Origin: Myxococcota bacterium
GTDB lineage: Bacteria; Myxococcota_A; Bradymonadia; UBA7976; UBA1532
Direction: 5' to 3'
NCBI GenBank assembly: GCA_036337435.1
Contig: JAYZEG010000030.1
Span: forward strand, 1 to 64,000
DNA length: 64,000 bases
Made by a program: the position numbers and the translations under genes. The notes below the pieces were generated by a model. It was not told the origin of the DNA. It worked only from the letters and a program-made list of their open reading frames with translations, and made no database searches. How positions within the stretch are numbered: the stretch's first letter is position 1; every line of letters begins with the position of its first letter. Positions 20,417-29,952 of the stretch are shown here, piece by piece.

Positions 20417-23400
20417 TCACTCAGGAGAGTAAATGCTGATGGGGTCTTCATCCTCGACTTGAGGCCGGAGTCCATTTAGGGTTCGACTGTTTTGCCCTTG
20501 GTTTCCAACATCAATGAACGTCATTTTGAGACGAAGCCCCGCCCGATCGCCGAAGGTGACCAAGGTCTTAGACGCCGGTTCCAAAACGACTGTTCGCTGA
20601 GGTACAAGGGGTCGGGCTGCGATCTCTTGATTATCAATTTCGTCTTCATCTAGGTATTGAACGAAGAGTCTAGTACCCAACGCATCCCCATGGTTCTCAA
20701 AAGGAAGCGGGGGATCTAAACCGGCTGGATTTCGTTTTCGATACCCTTGGATATGGGTGAATTGATGCGCTGGATTCAATTGGCTTAAGTTCGAACGAAT
20801 GATGCGAAGACCAGCACTGGTACCCACGATTAAATCGAAATCGCCATCACTATCTACGTCATGTGCAGCCAAGGCCTTTACCGCGCCAAATTGGGGGAGG
20901 ACAGTATTTGATATGTTGAAGCCTGCAGGCCCATTCTCATACAGCTGAGACCCATTTACATCCCCAACGACAAGGTCGTCTCGCCCGTCACCGTTCATAT
21001 CGGCTACAACGACGGATGGCTGACCGATACTGGCAATCTGGCCGATATTGACATCGACAAACTGAGCCTGGCCATTGTTTAAGAAAAATCGATTTTGAGC
21101 ACCGCCGAATGCGAAGATGTCGAGAGCCCCATCACGATTCGCATCGATCCAGACAAAGTCGGTATGGCCTACTGCATTCACCCACTCACCGGCATCTGAC
21201 CGAGTAAACGTATTGTCTCGCTGACCAAACCAGATCTGGCCGCCGAGCTCGCTATCGAGAGCGACAAAGTCTAAGACGCCATCCGCGTCCACATCCTGCA
21301 TGTCGATCTTGGCATAATCTGCGAGAGACCCCATACCGAGGCCGTCCGGATCCTCAGCCAGGCTGAACGTCGTATCTCCATCGCCGAAATAATATCGAAT
21401 GGTCTCCCCTGAGTAGATAAGCAAGTCTAATCGACTGTCACGGGTTCCATCACCCAAAATACCCCGGGTTCCATCACCCAGACTAGCCAGCGGAAATGGT
21501 GATGGAACAAATTGACCAAATCCGTTGCCCAGCAGGAGTTGAGAGCCGCGACTGTCGGTCACGACCAAATCGAATTGCCCATCTGAATCGACATCGCCCA
21601 CAGCAGCACCGCCGCTCGACGCTGCCGGCAGCGATGCTTGTTCATGGGTGTAGCCCGAAAACCCACCATTGACACCTTGAATGAATGTTCCACTCTGGCC
21701 ATCCTCTGATGCCGTCAGGGATACGAGATCAGGGCGACCGTCGTTATTTAGGTCAGCAACGAGAATGTGCGCCGTGTCTCCAGCCAGGTCGATACCGTCA
21801 ACAACCGGATCTTGAAATCCATAATCGCGAACTTGGACAGCGCGCTCGATAGGCGTGATTTCATTCCCCAAAACATCTCGTGCAGAGACACGCACAATCG
21901 GATTTTGAGAATCCACTGTGACACCGTACGCAACCCACTGCCCTGACTCCGAATCAAAATTTGCAACAACGCCGTTCACTGTGATTTCGTCAATGCCTGA
22001 TCCGGCGATCAACTCACCAGCCTGACTAATTTGAGCATCCGAGGCCGTGCCTGTTACGGTCAAAGGCAATGGGACAGCAACGCCGATGTTCGGCTCGGAG
22101 AGTTCAACCGCTGGTGCTGATGTGTCCCGATGAACCGTGAAACTGTGTGAGACTTGATTACCCACTTGGTCACGGATGTCGACAATGAGTGTATTTGGCC
22201 CCTCCGCCAGCTCATCGCTGAACGTCTCGAAGTTAACTCCGTCGAGACCATTCACGAAGTTGATGAGACGCCCGTTGACCGAAACTTGTTCGACACCAGA
22301 ACCGGTCTCCGTAATGGTCCCTGCAATCCGAACACGCTCTTCAGTCTGAAAAGAGCCGTCCGTCGGGCTGGTGAACTCAACCATGGGGGCGATTGAGTCG
22401 ACCCTGAATCCGTAATTTCCCTCTCGAACATTGCCAACGATATCCCGCACACTCCAAACAAGATTGTGCTGACCGTCTTCAAAAAATCCTCGCAGTTCAA
22501 AGCCACCGTTGTTGTCCAAATTGGGCACGAGCCCTTCGACTTGGAATCCGCCTTGAGCAATGCCGCATTGGCCTACGTCCAAACTTCCGGTCAAGCTCAC
22601 ACGACCAGTCCCATCGGGCTTCAGCCAAGGATTGATCCGAAAATCTACATTAAGGATATCGAAGCTGATTAAGGGTGCGACCGTATCAACCTGTACGAAG
22701 GTCGACACTTCTGAGCTTAAGCCCGCACGATTCGTGGCCACAACCGTAATTTGGTCCCGCTGACGCTCGCCGCCGTCGATGGTGACAACCTGTCTGAATT
22801 CACCGCCAATGCCATCAATGCCAAATGCATCTATCCCTTGGCCGTTAACTGAGACCGTTGCGAGACCACTCTCCATATCGACGGCTGTTCCCACAACGGT
22901 GACCTCTGCGCCAACACAGTCGTTGGCTTCAGGCGATCGAAAAGACACCGTTGGTGCGCTCGAATCAACATTAACGGTCACAGCATCTTGAGCGGAATCG
23001 CCATCGACATTACTCGCGGTGACAACGATGTTCTGCTCACCATCCGCAACCTGGTTCAGTTCCACTCGAAAACGCAGCCCATTGAGCAAAGACCCTTCTG
23101 TTGGAACCCGATCACCGACGACCGCGTTCAGACTGGACACACCCTCACAAACGCTTCCTTCAACGGTGATTCGTTCAGCCCCTACGTAGGCTCCTTCCGC
23201 TGGTGAATCAATGGTCACGCAGGGCTCATTTTTGACAATTTCTGCATCCACACAACTTTCGTTTCCAGCGTCATCAAAACCACAAACCGTGAGTAGATTC
23301 GACCCATTGAAGAGTTCAACAAATTGACTAAATTCCCCGGATATATTCCCGCGAATATCGGGATACTCCCTCATCTCAGCACCCGCCGAGATACGCATAT

Positions 23401-24373
23401 TGAGCATCGGATTCCGGACCGAATTTCCTTGGTCACGAAGGACCCCTCTCACTTGAAACCTCCGCTGGGTCACCGTTGTGATGGCCGCGACCTGAGGACT
23501 CGTCAACTCAATGGTGGGGGGCTGGTCATCCACCTCCACCTCAATTTCGACCAAATCTGACCGATTGCCGACGGCATCGACGCCTGAAATGGAGACGATT
23601 TGAAATCCAGATTGTAGTGCAATGCTAAGCTCAAAATCTTGCCCATCCCAGATGATGGGCATCATCAAATCGACCGGGATCTCATCGACCTCCACATCGA
23701 GTTGATCAACAAAGTTGTCGTCCGTCAAAGATCCTTGAATCCTCAGAACCGATACATTGGTCAAAAGGTCATTTAAGACCGGTGGATCAGTAATACTCAG
23801 AACAGGTGGCGTACTATCTCGGTATACGGTCGCCGATGCGTCCCATGCGATACCAGACGTGTCTACTGCACGCAGTGTAATTTCATTGGCCCCCTCATCG
23901 AGCGGGAATCGCCCTAGGTACGTCCCCATCCGGTTAATATTCAGGTTCGATCCGTTCAGAGTAACGTCGAGTTCAGTGCTGTCGTCCTCGCCATCAGACA
24001 CAATGATGGAAATTTCAACGGTGGGCTCCGAAGTCAAATCTGTCCCAACCATTAAACTGCACTCTGGCGGCGTGTTCACACGCATATCCGGTTCGACTCT
24101 CATATCTGGGGCCATGTCCGGAATGGGTCTCATCGAGTCTGCAACCATCGCGTCACTTGCAGACGTGGCATCCGGTTCAACCACCTCAACATCAGGGTCC
24201 AACATTTGGTCCGGCTCTTGCTCGTCACCGACACAAATCCCATCGACACACACGCCCCCGTTACAATCGGAATTACTCTCACAATTGTATGGATCAAGCA
24301 GGGCACTACACCCCATCGAAAGCAGTACACAGAGAGTGAGAATAGATAAGCAGAAGCTGCTGCTCACACGCAT
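20417..24373 (-). CDS. Large lipoprotein with tandem bacterial Ig-like repeats and a C-terminal FG-GAP/VCBS beta-propeller (adhesin-like)
   Basis: Lipobox LSMG|C; ~8 repeats of the D..PP.....SP...V.G...D...V.VNG...L..G.N.I...A.D..GN type; ~7 D.NxDGxxD motifs (ADLNNDGRPDL, GDVDSDGQFDL, ADMNGDGRDDL). Confidence 0.85.
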   Translation of the reverse strand: MRVSSSFCLSILTLCVLLSMGCSALLDPYNCESNSDCNGGVCVDGICVGDEQEPDQMLDPDVEVVEPDATSASDAMVADSMRPIPDMAPDMRVEPDMRVNTPPECSLMVGTDLTSEPTVEISIIVSDGEDDSTELDVTLNGSNLNINRMGTYLGRFPLDEGANEITLRAVDTSGIAWDASATVYRDSTPPVLSITDPPVLNDLLTNVSVLRIQGSLTDDNFVDQLDVEVDEIPVDLMMPIIWDGQDFELSIALQSGFQIVSISGVDAVGNRSDLVEIEVEVDDQPPTIELTSPQVAAITTVTQRRFQVRGVLRDQGNSVRNPMLNMRISAGAEMREYPDIRGNISGEFSQFVELFNGSNLLTVCGFDDAGNESCVDAEIVKNEPCVTIDSPAEGAYVGAERITVEGSVCEGVSSLNAVVGDRVPTEGSLLNGLRFRVELNQVADGEQNIVVTASNVDGDSAQDAVTVNVDSSAPTVSFRSPEANDCVGAEVTVVGTAVDMESGLATVSVNGQGIDAFGIDGIGGEFRQVVTIDGGERQRDQITVVATNRAGLSSEVSTFVQVDTVAPLISFDILNVDFRINPWLKPDGTGRVSLTGSLDVGQCGIAQGGFQVEGLVPNLDNNGGFELRGFFEDGQHNLVWSVRDIVGNVREGNYGFRVDSIAPMVEFTSPTDGSFQTEERVRIAGTITETGSGVEQVSVNGRLINFVNGLDGVNFETFSDELAEGPNTLIVDIRDQVGNQVSHSFTVHRDTSAPAVELSEPNIGVAVPLPLTVTGTASDAQISQAGELIAGSGIDEITVNGVVANFDSESGQWVAYGVTVDSQNPIVRVSARDVLGNEITPIERAVQVRDYGFQDPVVDGIDLAGDTAHILVADLNNDGRPDLVSLTASEDGQSGTFIQGVNGGFSGYTHEQASLPAASSGGAAVGDVDSDGQFDLVVTDSRGSQLLLGNGFGQFVPSPFPLASLGDGTRGILGDGTRDSRLDLLIYSGETIRYYFGDGDTTFSLAEDPDGLGMGSLADYAKIDMQDVDADGVLDFVALDSELGGQIWFGQRDNTFTRSDAGEWVNAVGHTDFVWIDANRDGALDIFAFGGAQNRFFLNNGQAQFVDVNIGQIASIGQPSVVVADMNGDGRDDLVVGDVNGSQLYENGPAGFNISNTVLPQFGAVKALAAHDVDSDGDFDLIVGTSAGLRIIRSNLSQLNPAHQFTHIQGYRKRNPAGLDPPLPFENHGDALGTRLFVQYLDEDEIDNQEIAARPLVPQRTVVLEPASKTLVTFGDRAGLRLKMTFIDVGNQGQNSRTLNGLRPQVEDEDPISIYSPE

Positions 24374-24392
24374 TTTTCCATTCCTTTTTGGT

Positions 24393-25520
24393 CTAGAACC
24401 TTAGAAGCCCTGTTGCTGTGACACCCCGTTCAGAAGGCACCAACATAAACGCTGAATGAGTCGGTGCATCACCGGACATAAAATACAATGTAAGACCCAC
24501 ACCCGCAGCGATTATGCCACTTGTGACGAGGATATCCGCCGCCATGGCCTGGGCGGCCACATCACCGGCAATCGCAACTTCGCGATCGGTCCGAACGCAT
24601 GCTGGATTGTCACGACAGGTATCCAAGTCAGCACTTGTGCCCATGGCGATTGCGCCCGCAGCCAATCCACCGACCAGCAAAGCACCGCCAGTCCCCATTC
24701 CAATCCAGCTCCAAGTGCGTCGACTCCATCCTCTATCCGGTCCGTCGACTCGTTGAGTCACGCCACTTTGTGTGGCCGCGGGACTGGGCGAATCTGGTTT
24801 TGCGCTTGGAGGGACGGTCGGATTCTTGACAACCTTCGGTTGCTCAACTGGCACCTTCGGGGTGACGACGACTCTCGGAGACACCACAACCTTCGGACGT
24901 GGTTTCGGACGAGCAACAGGCACCCTGGCGACAGGCGGTTGAGTCACCACTGGCACGGCAACCTGACCTGGAATTGGACTCAAGGTGACCGTTAAATTTC
25001 GAGTGCCTTTTCCTTCGAATAAAATTGACCTTTTGATGGTGTTGTATCCGTCTTTCGTAAAATAGAATTCGTGTGGTCCTGCAGGCAATCGAACAGTAAA
25101 TGGTGTTGTTCCCAATACAGGCGAACCGGACTCTCTCACTCGCACGGCAGCCCCTTGGGGATTTGTCTTCAATTTCAGTGCTGGCCAATTGGAACGCTCA
25201 GCTTGTAGTTCGGCCACCAAGACTCGGATTTGCGATGCATCTTTTGGACCTTGGCTGATATAGCGTCGATAATATGCGATCGCTTGACCATAATCGTACA
25301 TCTCTTTGTACACATTGCCGATATACTTGAGCATGACCGGATGTGGAGACTCTGCGTTCGCTTTCTTGAAGGCGTCCAACGCAGTAGCATACCGTTTTGC
25401 CTTGAATTCCAAGTTGCCCTGTTTGAACAGTGCTTTCGCCTTTTCCTTGCTACCCTGCGCCGAAACCACCGTTGGGATAGACGAAAACATCACCAACAAA
25501 CCAAGAAACAGCATTCGCAT
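24393..25520 (-). CDS. Secreted TPR + PEGA domain protein with C-terminal hydrophobic segments
   Basis: Signal peptide VSA|Q; TPR AKALFKQG..F...Y..AL..F..A; PEGA LKTNPQGAAV...LGTTP...G.H; ends GVTATGLLRF. Confidence 0.85.
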   Translation of the reverse strand: MRMLFLGLLVMFSSIPTVVSAQGSKEKAKALFKQGNLEFKAKRYATALDAFKKANAESPHPVMLKYIGNVYKEMYDYGQAIAYYRRYISQGPKDASQIRVLVAELQAERSNWPALKLKTNPQGAAVRVRESGSPVLGTTPFTVRLPAGPHEFYFTKDGYNTIKRSILFEGKGTRNLTVTLSPIPGQVAVPVVTQPPVARVPVARPKPRPKVVVSPRVVVTPKVPVEQPKVVKNPTVPPSAKPDSPSPAATQSGVTQRVDGPDRGWSRRTWSWIGMGTGGALLVGGLAAGAIAMGTSADLDTCRDNPACVRTDREVAIAGDVAAQAMAADILVTSGIIAAGVGLTLYFMSGDAPTHSAFMLVPSERGVTATGLLRF

Positions 25521-25825
25521 AGGTTTAAGCCCTCACTTTCACCGCTGATGACCTTAAGGCTGCCAAGAAGTGGCACACTGCTGCAAGCCTAACTTTAAAT
25601 CGATTCCTTGGCCACAAATCCAACGATTTTAGGGGGTAAAATCTTATGGGGCGAAAATAGGCGAAAACAAGGCCAATAACAGGACTGACCACAAGGACAT
25701 TTAAGCGGACAGTTCTTGGAGTCATGGCAGGCTGGGCATTCGGGGTTCTTTGGCGGCTCAACCCAGCCCTTCGGTGGGCTAACGGATCGACTCATCCCCG
25801 GCCGTATCCCGCCTTTTTCCCGTCA

Positions 25826-28267
25826 TCAATCGTAGGGATTATCCATGGTGTTTTTTGGCTTTTTGGCACGTCTTTTCTTGACCGCTTTTTTCACTTGTGT
25901 GCGATTCGGCCTCGGGTTGACCTGTGACGGTTTCGGCGGGGTCGCTGGCTTGGGTGCAATCGTTTTGGCCGGTGCCACTGTCGGCGCCGCCTTTGAATTT
26001 TTGACCGCATTCGATTGACGCGGCGTCGTTCGCGGTGCGCGCACCTTTCTCAGACCCGACTTGGCCTCTCTGACCACTGCGGGGACAAATTGCCCGTCCT
26101 TTTCCGGTAGAAGGGCCGCATCGGGTTCCACGGTGACCTTCTTTTGCGCGGCCTTGACGAGAACGAGACGAATTTCAATTGGTTGTCCATTGGCAGGAAT
26201 GGTTTTCGGATCGATCGAGTAATTCGTACTTTGGAAGCCCGCTTTTGTAAGGACGATTTTAATGGCCTTGTCGCCTTTAACAATTTGGTTGTAAGGCGTC
26301 ACTCCCTGAGCAACACCGCCGACAGCACCTGTTGCTCCCGGAGGATCGGTCACGACTTTCAGAACTTTATTGATGATGCGTGCACGCTTGTCACGATCAG
26401 CTTTTTGCGAACGCTGCTTCGCGATTCGCAGCTTTTCTTCCTCCTGTGCATGTTCCTGCATGACGACCTTCGCAGCGAGGGCCGTGATGACCAAGAGTAG
26501 AAAGAGAAAAGCGACCACCCAAGGCCGGCTCAACCCGCCTAGTTTAGGGAGGGCAGCAGTCTTGCGAGCAAGCCGTTTTTTCTTGTCTTTCTCGGACAAG
26601 ACCTCGACTTCATCAAAATCGGAAAGAGAGGCCACTGGCGCTTCTGCCCGGCCAGCCATTGTAAGCGGCTGATCTCCTATCCCGTCACTGAGTTCGTCGT
26701 CGAGCCCAACCAACAGATCATCGGGTAAGAGCGATCCTTTCGATTCGGATTTTAGAACGCCGTCTCCTGGCTTATCGCCAAACAGGGGCTGACTGCCAAC
26801 GTCATCGAACGGTGTCGAATCTCCGTCATCTTCACCATCGCCAAGCACGTCGATCACGGCTGCCATCGCTGCCGTCAAATCTGCTTCATCGGGATCAGAT
26901 TGATTCGGCTCGGCTTCTTCAGGCTCCGGTTGTCTTGGCGAATCTCGTCGCTCTGCAATGGCCTTTTGGAGCTCATCTTTGGAGGTCTCAGCTGTGAAGG
27001 CGAGAGGTTCTGGAATGGCACCGACACTGACATCCAGGTCAACCGGCTCTTCATCTTGGCTCACCGGATTTGGGGCTGAATTCTCGGAGTCACTATCTGA
27101 TTTTTCAGTCGAACTTACAGCTTCGTCGAATAAGGCAATTAACTCATCATCACCGGCGAGGGCAACAGTTCGTTCAGCTCGCTCATCATCCAACTGATCG
27201 AGTTTGAGCTTGCTTACATCAACAGCCTGAGTTGCATCTGGATCACCCTCGTTAGTCGTATCGGCCGAACCTGTTTCATTTGACACGGCCATGGACACGC
27301 TGGGCGACGATCTAAGAGCCTTGATGGCTGACGCGAGATCAGTGGCTAGGCCTCTCAGCCCACCATAGCGTTCGCTCGGCTTCTTTTTGAGACACTGTTC
27401 AATGATTTCGCACAATTCTGTGGGGACTGTGGGCACTCGATCTTGGATGGGTTTGGCATCGGATTCAACGATCGCTTTCAGCAGTTGGTCAGGTGTTGCG
27501 CCGAAAAAGGGTAGTGCGCCTGTCAGCAGCAAATACCCAATCACACCCAGTGTGAATTGATCAGACGCGAGGTGAACGGCTTCGCCGGCTGCTTGCTCGG
27601 GACTGAAATATTTGGGTGATCCGACGACTTGACGTTCACCGGAAAGGTGGTGCGCACCGAAGATGACGGGTGAACCGACATCAACAATGCGGACGACCCG
27701 CTTACCGTCCACTTCATGGACGAACACGTTCTCCGGTTTGAGGTTGGCATGGGGCCGACCTGCCCGGTGAATGGGCGCAAGTGCGCTGCAGAGCTGGAAA
27801 AGGATGTCTGCAGTCTTAGTGGGACTGAGTCGACCCGATTGCTTGAGGACATCCCGTAAAGTCTGCCCTTCGACAAATTCTGTAATAATAAACGTGGTTC
27901 CGTCCGGGAGTCGATTGGCACCTAAGATGGTCGCAACTTTTGCATGCCTCACCTTCGATGCTTCTTTGGCCCATCTCAGCAAGTCCGGTCCAAAGGTCGC
28001 CGCGACATCAGCGTGCAGGACTTTAACGGCAACACGTCGATTAGAGGCATCATCGACCGCCTCATAAACGACGCCAATCTCGCCGGACCCTAAGTTCCGT
28101 CTCAGAACGAAGTTTTTACCGAGACGCCGCCCTAACAGCGGATCGGTCTCGCCGGCGGATTGTCCTGGGAGCTCAACTCCGCATGATTCACAGACCGTTG
28201 CCGCGACTGGATTCTCGTGACCACATTTAGAACACGCCAACATCGACATGAACCTCTCAAATATCAT
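25826..28267 (-). CDS. Membrane Ser/Thr protein kinase-like protein (probable pseudokinase): Zn-ribbon, kinase fold, acidic linker, TM, PEGA
   Basis: CSKCG..CESCG; LGSGEIGVVY; VAVKVL; HANLKPEN; IVDVG; GSPKYFSPEQ; TM WVVAFLFLLLVITALAA; VVTDPPGA. True start may be 28249 or 28243. Confidence 0.88.
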   Translation of the reverse strand: MIFERFMSMLACSKCGHENPVAATVCESCGVELPGQSAGETDPLLGRRLGKNFVLRRNLGSGEIGVVYEAVDDASNRRVAVKVLHADVAATFGPDLLRWAKEASKVRHAKVATILGANRLPDGTTFIITEFVEGQTLRDVLKQSGRLSPTKTADILFQLCSALAPIHRAGRPHANLKPENVFVHEVDGKRVVRIVDVGSPVIFGAHHLSGERQVVGSPKYFSPEQAAGEAVHLASDQFTLGVIGYLLLTGALPFFGATPDQLLKAIVESDAKPIQDRVPTVPTELCEIIEQCLKKKPSERYGGLRGLATDLASAIKALRSSPSVSMAVSNETGSADTTNEGDPDATQAVDVSKLKLDQLDDERAERTVALAGDDELIALFDEAVSSTEKSDSDSENSAPNPVSQDEEPVDLDVSVGAIPEPLAFTAETSKDELQKAIAERRDSPRQPEPEEAEPNQSDPDEADLTAAMAAVIDVLGDGEDDGDSTPFDDVGSQPLFGDKPGDGVLKSESKGSLLPDDLLVGLDDELSDGIGDQPLTMAGRAEAPVASLSDFDEVEVLSEKDKKKRLARKTAALPKLGGLSRPWVVAFLFLLLVITALAAKVVMQEHAQEEEKLRIAKQRSQKADRDKRARIINKVLKVVTDPPGATGAVGGVAQGVTPYNQIVKGDKAIKIVLTKAGFQSTNYSIDPKTIPANGQPIEIRLVLVKAAQKKVTVEPDAALLPEKDGQFVPAVVREAKSGLRKVRAPRTTPRQSNAVKNSKAAPTVAPAKTIAPKPATPPKPSQVNPRPNRTQVKKAVKKRRAKKPKNTMDNPYD

Positions 28268-28440
28268 TTAGCCCAGTGTCCTTTATAGCATCGGACAGTG
28301 AGGTGGAAAAGAACACTTCAATCTGTCGAGCCGCGATGGACGGAGAAAGCGCGTCTTATCGGGATGCCCCAAATGTCGAAAAGTTCCGAAAAACGAAAAG
28401 AAAGCAGTGTCGAGTTGACCGTTGGATCAGGTCCGAGAAC

Positions 28441-28468
28441 AAAAAAAACCACCGTCGAAACGGTGGTT
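28441..28468 (-). terminator. Intrinsic terminator after tRNA-Leu
   Basis: Minus strand AACCACCG-TTTCGA-CGGTGGTT followed by a T run. Confidence 0.85.
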
Positions 28469-28472
28469 ATAG

Positions 28473-28557
28473 TGCGAAGAGGGGGAGTCGAACCCCCACG
28501 GCCTTATCGGCCACTAGGCCCTCAACCTAGCGTGTCTACCAGTTTCACCACCTTCGC
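28473..28557 (-). tRNA. tRNA-Leu (anticodon GAG), long variable arm, CCA not encoded
   Basis: GCGAAGG acceptor stem; D arm ending TGGTAGAC; anticodon arm CTAGG-TTGAGGG-CCTAG; variable arm GGCC-GATAA-GGCC; T arm GGGGG-TTCGACT-CCCCC; lies downstream of secG. Confidence 0.96.
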
Positions 28558-28702
28558 AGAGTCAGGCGGGTTTTGTCTCACGAAGTGAGTCTCGGGTCAA
28601 GTCTCCGCTCTACACAAAACAAGCGATGATTGACGCTGTCAAAAAAACACGGGCTGTTCAGTCATCTCAGCATGTACTGGGTCAGAGTACCCGCTTCGTG
28701 GC

Positions 28703-29185
28703 TTACTGCGGTGCCGGCGTACCCTCTGGTTTGGATGGCGTGGGTGCGGTGTCGGACGCAGCAGGTGCATTCCCCGCCGGCGCGCTCGCACCCTCGGGCT
28801 GAGGAGACGCGGCGCCTTGCTCTGACTCACCTGCCTTCTGGGCGTCTTCTGCTTTCTTGGCTTCTTCCGCCTTCTTAGCCTCTTCCGCCTTCTTAGCCTC
28901 TTCTGCGTCCAGTCGTGCATTTTCAGCGGCAGCGGCTTTTTCTTCTGCCGTTGCTGTGGGCGAGGAGAAGATGGCTAAAGCCATACTTGTGACCATAAAC
29001 GTCGCCGCGGTGAAGGCTGTGAATTTTGTGAGTGCGGTCGCGGCACTTCGCGTTCCCAGAGCAGCACCAGCACCACCACCAAATGCCGCGCTCACTCCGC
29101 CGCCTTTGCCTGCTTGAAGCAGAATAACAAGGATCAGGGCTAGACAAGCCAAAACATGAATAACGATTACGATGTTCTCAAGCAT
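28703..29185 (-). CDS. secG: Preprotein translocase subunit SecG with long Ala/Glu/Lys/Pro-rich C-terminal tail
   Basis: LILVILLQAGKGGGVSAAFGGG, LTKFT; tpiA-secG-tRNA-Leu synteny. Confidence 0.93.
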   Translation of the reverse strand: MLENIVIVIHVLACLALILVILLQAGKGGGVSAAFGGGAGAALGTRSAATALTKFTAFTAATFMVTSMALAIFSSPTATAEEKAAAAENARLDAEEAKKAEEAKKAEEAKKAEDAQKAGESEQGAASPQPEGASAPAGNAPAASDTAPTPSKPEGTPAPQ

Positions 29186-29952
29186 TAGTCGATGTCCTCT
29201 CGGTGCGCGACAATTTGCACAAAGCTGTCAGCGGTTAAACTCGCTCCGCCGACAAGGGCGCCGTCTATATCATGCTCTGCCATCAGATCGCGAACATTAT
29301 TTGGCTTAACGCTACCGCCATACTGAATGCGGACACGCTGGGCAACGGATTCACCGTGATGCCTCGAAATAATTTCTCTAATATTTCTGTGCACTTCCTG
29401 GGCCTGAGCCGGCGTTGCAGTACGACCAGTACCAATGGCCCAAACCGGCTCATATGCGATTACCGAGGCGGCAACTTCATCGTCATTTAGGTCAGAAATT
29501 GCCGTTAAAAGCTGCTGGGACACAACATTTATGGTTTGTTCAGACTCTCGTTGGTCCAAAGTCTCGCCGATACAAATGATGGGGATTACGCCGTGATCGT
29601 GAAGGCTACGGGCCTTCTGACCAACGGCTTCATCGGTTTCACCAAAAAGTTGCCTTCGTTCGCTGTGACCTACGATCGTGTAAGCACAACCCGCTTCTTT
29701 AATCTGGGCTGGTGCCAATTCTCCTGTGAAGGCTCCTTTGTCTGCCCAGTGGCAATTTTGTGCGGCAACCTGTACAGACGACCCTTCCAGCCTCTTCACA
29801 ATGGGCCAAATCATCATCGCCTGCGGCGCGAGCACGACATCGATATCTCGATAACGACCACAACGATCTCGAATTGTACTCGCCAATGCGACCCCATCAG
29901 CGATGGAGAGGTTCATTTTCCAATTTCCGGCCATAATTGGTCGACGATTCAT
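29185..29952 (-). CDS. tpiA: Triosephosphate isomerase
   Basis: [40 protein letters not shown]. Confidence 0.98.
   Translation of the reverse strand: MNRRPIMAGNWKMNLSIADGVALASTIRDRCGRYRDIDVVLAPQAMMIWPIVKRLEGSSVQVAAQNCHWADKGAFTGELAPAQIKEAGCAYTIVGHSERRQLFGETDEAVGQKARSLHDHGVIPIICIGETLDQRESEQTINVVSQQLLTAISDLNDDEVAASVIAYEPVWAIGTGRTATPAQAQEVHRNIREIISRHHGESVAQRVRIQYGGSVKPNNVRDLMAEHDIDGALVGGASLTADSFVQIVAHREDID

Noticed and set aside
28425..28440. TCAGGTCCG resembling the SRP RNA core
   Set aside because: The following GAAGGAAGCAG and the enclosing stem are absent.
15452..28557. Genomic island integrated at tRNA-Leu
   Set aside because: No integrase, no duplicated tRNA 3' end and no evident compositional shift; a normal terminator follows the tRNA.
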